From NCBI GenBank assembly GCA_030141605.1, contig JAQGDQ010000100.1, forward strand, positions 124,001 through 188,000: a stretch of 64,000 nt of DNA, in the 5' to 3' direction. Of the stretch, positions 63,708 to 64,000 are shown one piece after another; within the stretch, counting starts at the first letter, position 1; each line of letters begins with the position of its first letter. The notes under the pieces were generated by a model, which did not search any database, was not told the DNA's origin, and worked only from the letters and a program-made list of their open reading frames with translations. The position numbers and the translations under genes were made by a program. The DNA is from Tubiluchus corallicola (lineage: Eukaryota > Animalia > Priapulida).

Positions 63708-64000
63708 GTAAGTACTCTCTTAACAACTTCTCTTTAGAGATGACTAGTTTTTGACAATGACAAGCCACTGCTACCATTTTCAGTGGCACTTAGCCGCAAA
63801 TATTTCATTTTCTTGATGATTTTTTGTTCAATTTTCACAGAAATTTCTTTATGTTGGCACTTCAAAAAACTTTGCTAATTGTTACTAGGCTGCTGACACC
63901 ACAGTATAGCATGATTTGTTCCTGGCATTTACCTGCCCAGTACATTTCCCACGCACCTACTGTGCATGCTCATATGTAGGGTTAGTAACTGCGTTCATTA

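Overview
AT-rich, intron-containing animal (invertebrate-like) genomic DNA, not prokaryotic. I could splice three multi-exon genes by hand with consistent intron phases: GKAP1 (- strand, 9 coding exons, ~343 aa); an unusual ~1137-aa TRIM-NHL-like gene (+ strand, 19 coding exons: coiled-coil, filamin domain, ~560-aa low-complexity linker, NHL propeller, no visible RING or B-box); and VPS51 (- strand, 21 coding exons, ~791 aa). A fourth gene, STEEP1/CXorf56 (+ strand), has an intronless CDS. Between and within the genes are a nested transposon cluster at 13.3-18.5 kb (CR1-type LINE split by a Tigger-like MITE, a LINE endonuclease fragment, a BEL/Pao gag-protease remnant), a foldback-like element with 21-bp subrepeats, an inverted pair of Helitron-like repeats, an hAT-like MITE at a splice donor, and tRNA-like SINE remnants. 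The most notable observation is the RING-less TRIM-NHL protein, whose linker carries three exon-encoded EEESW acidic-tryptophan motifs that appear to come from exon-pair duplication. Gene names rest on recalled protein motifs, not database searches.
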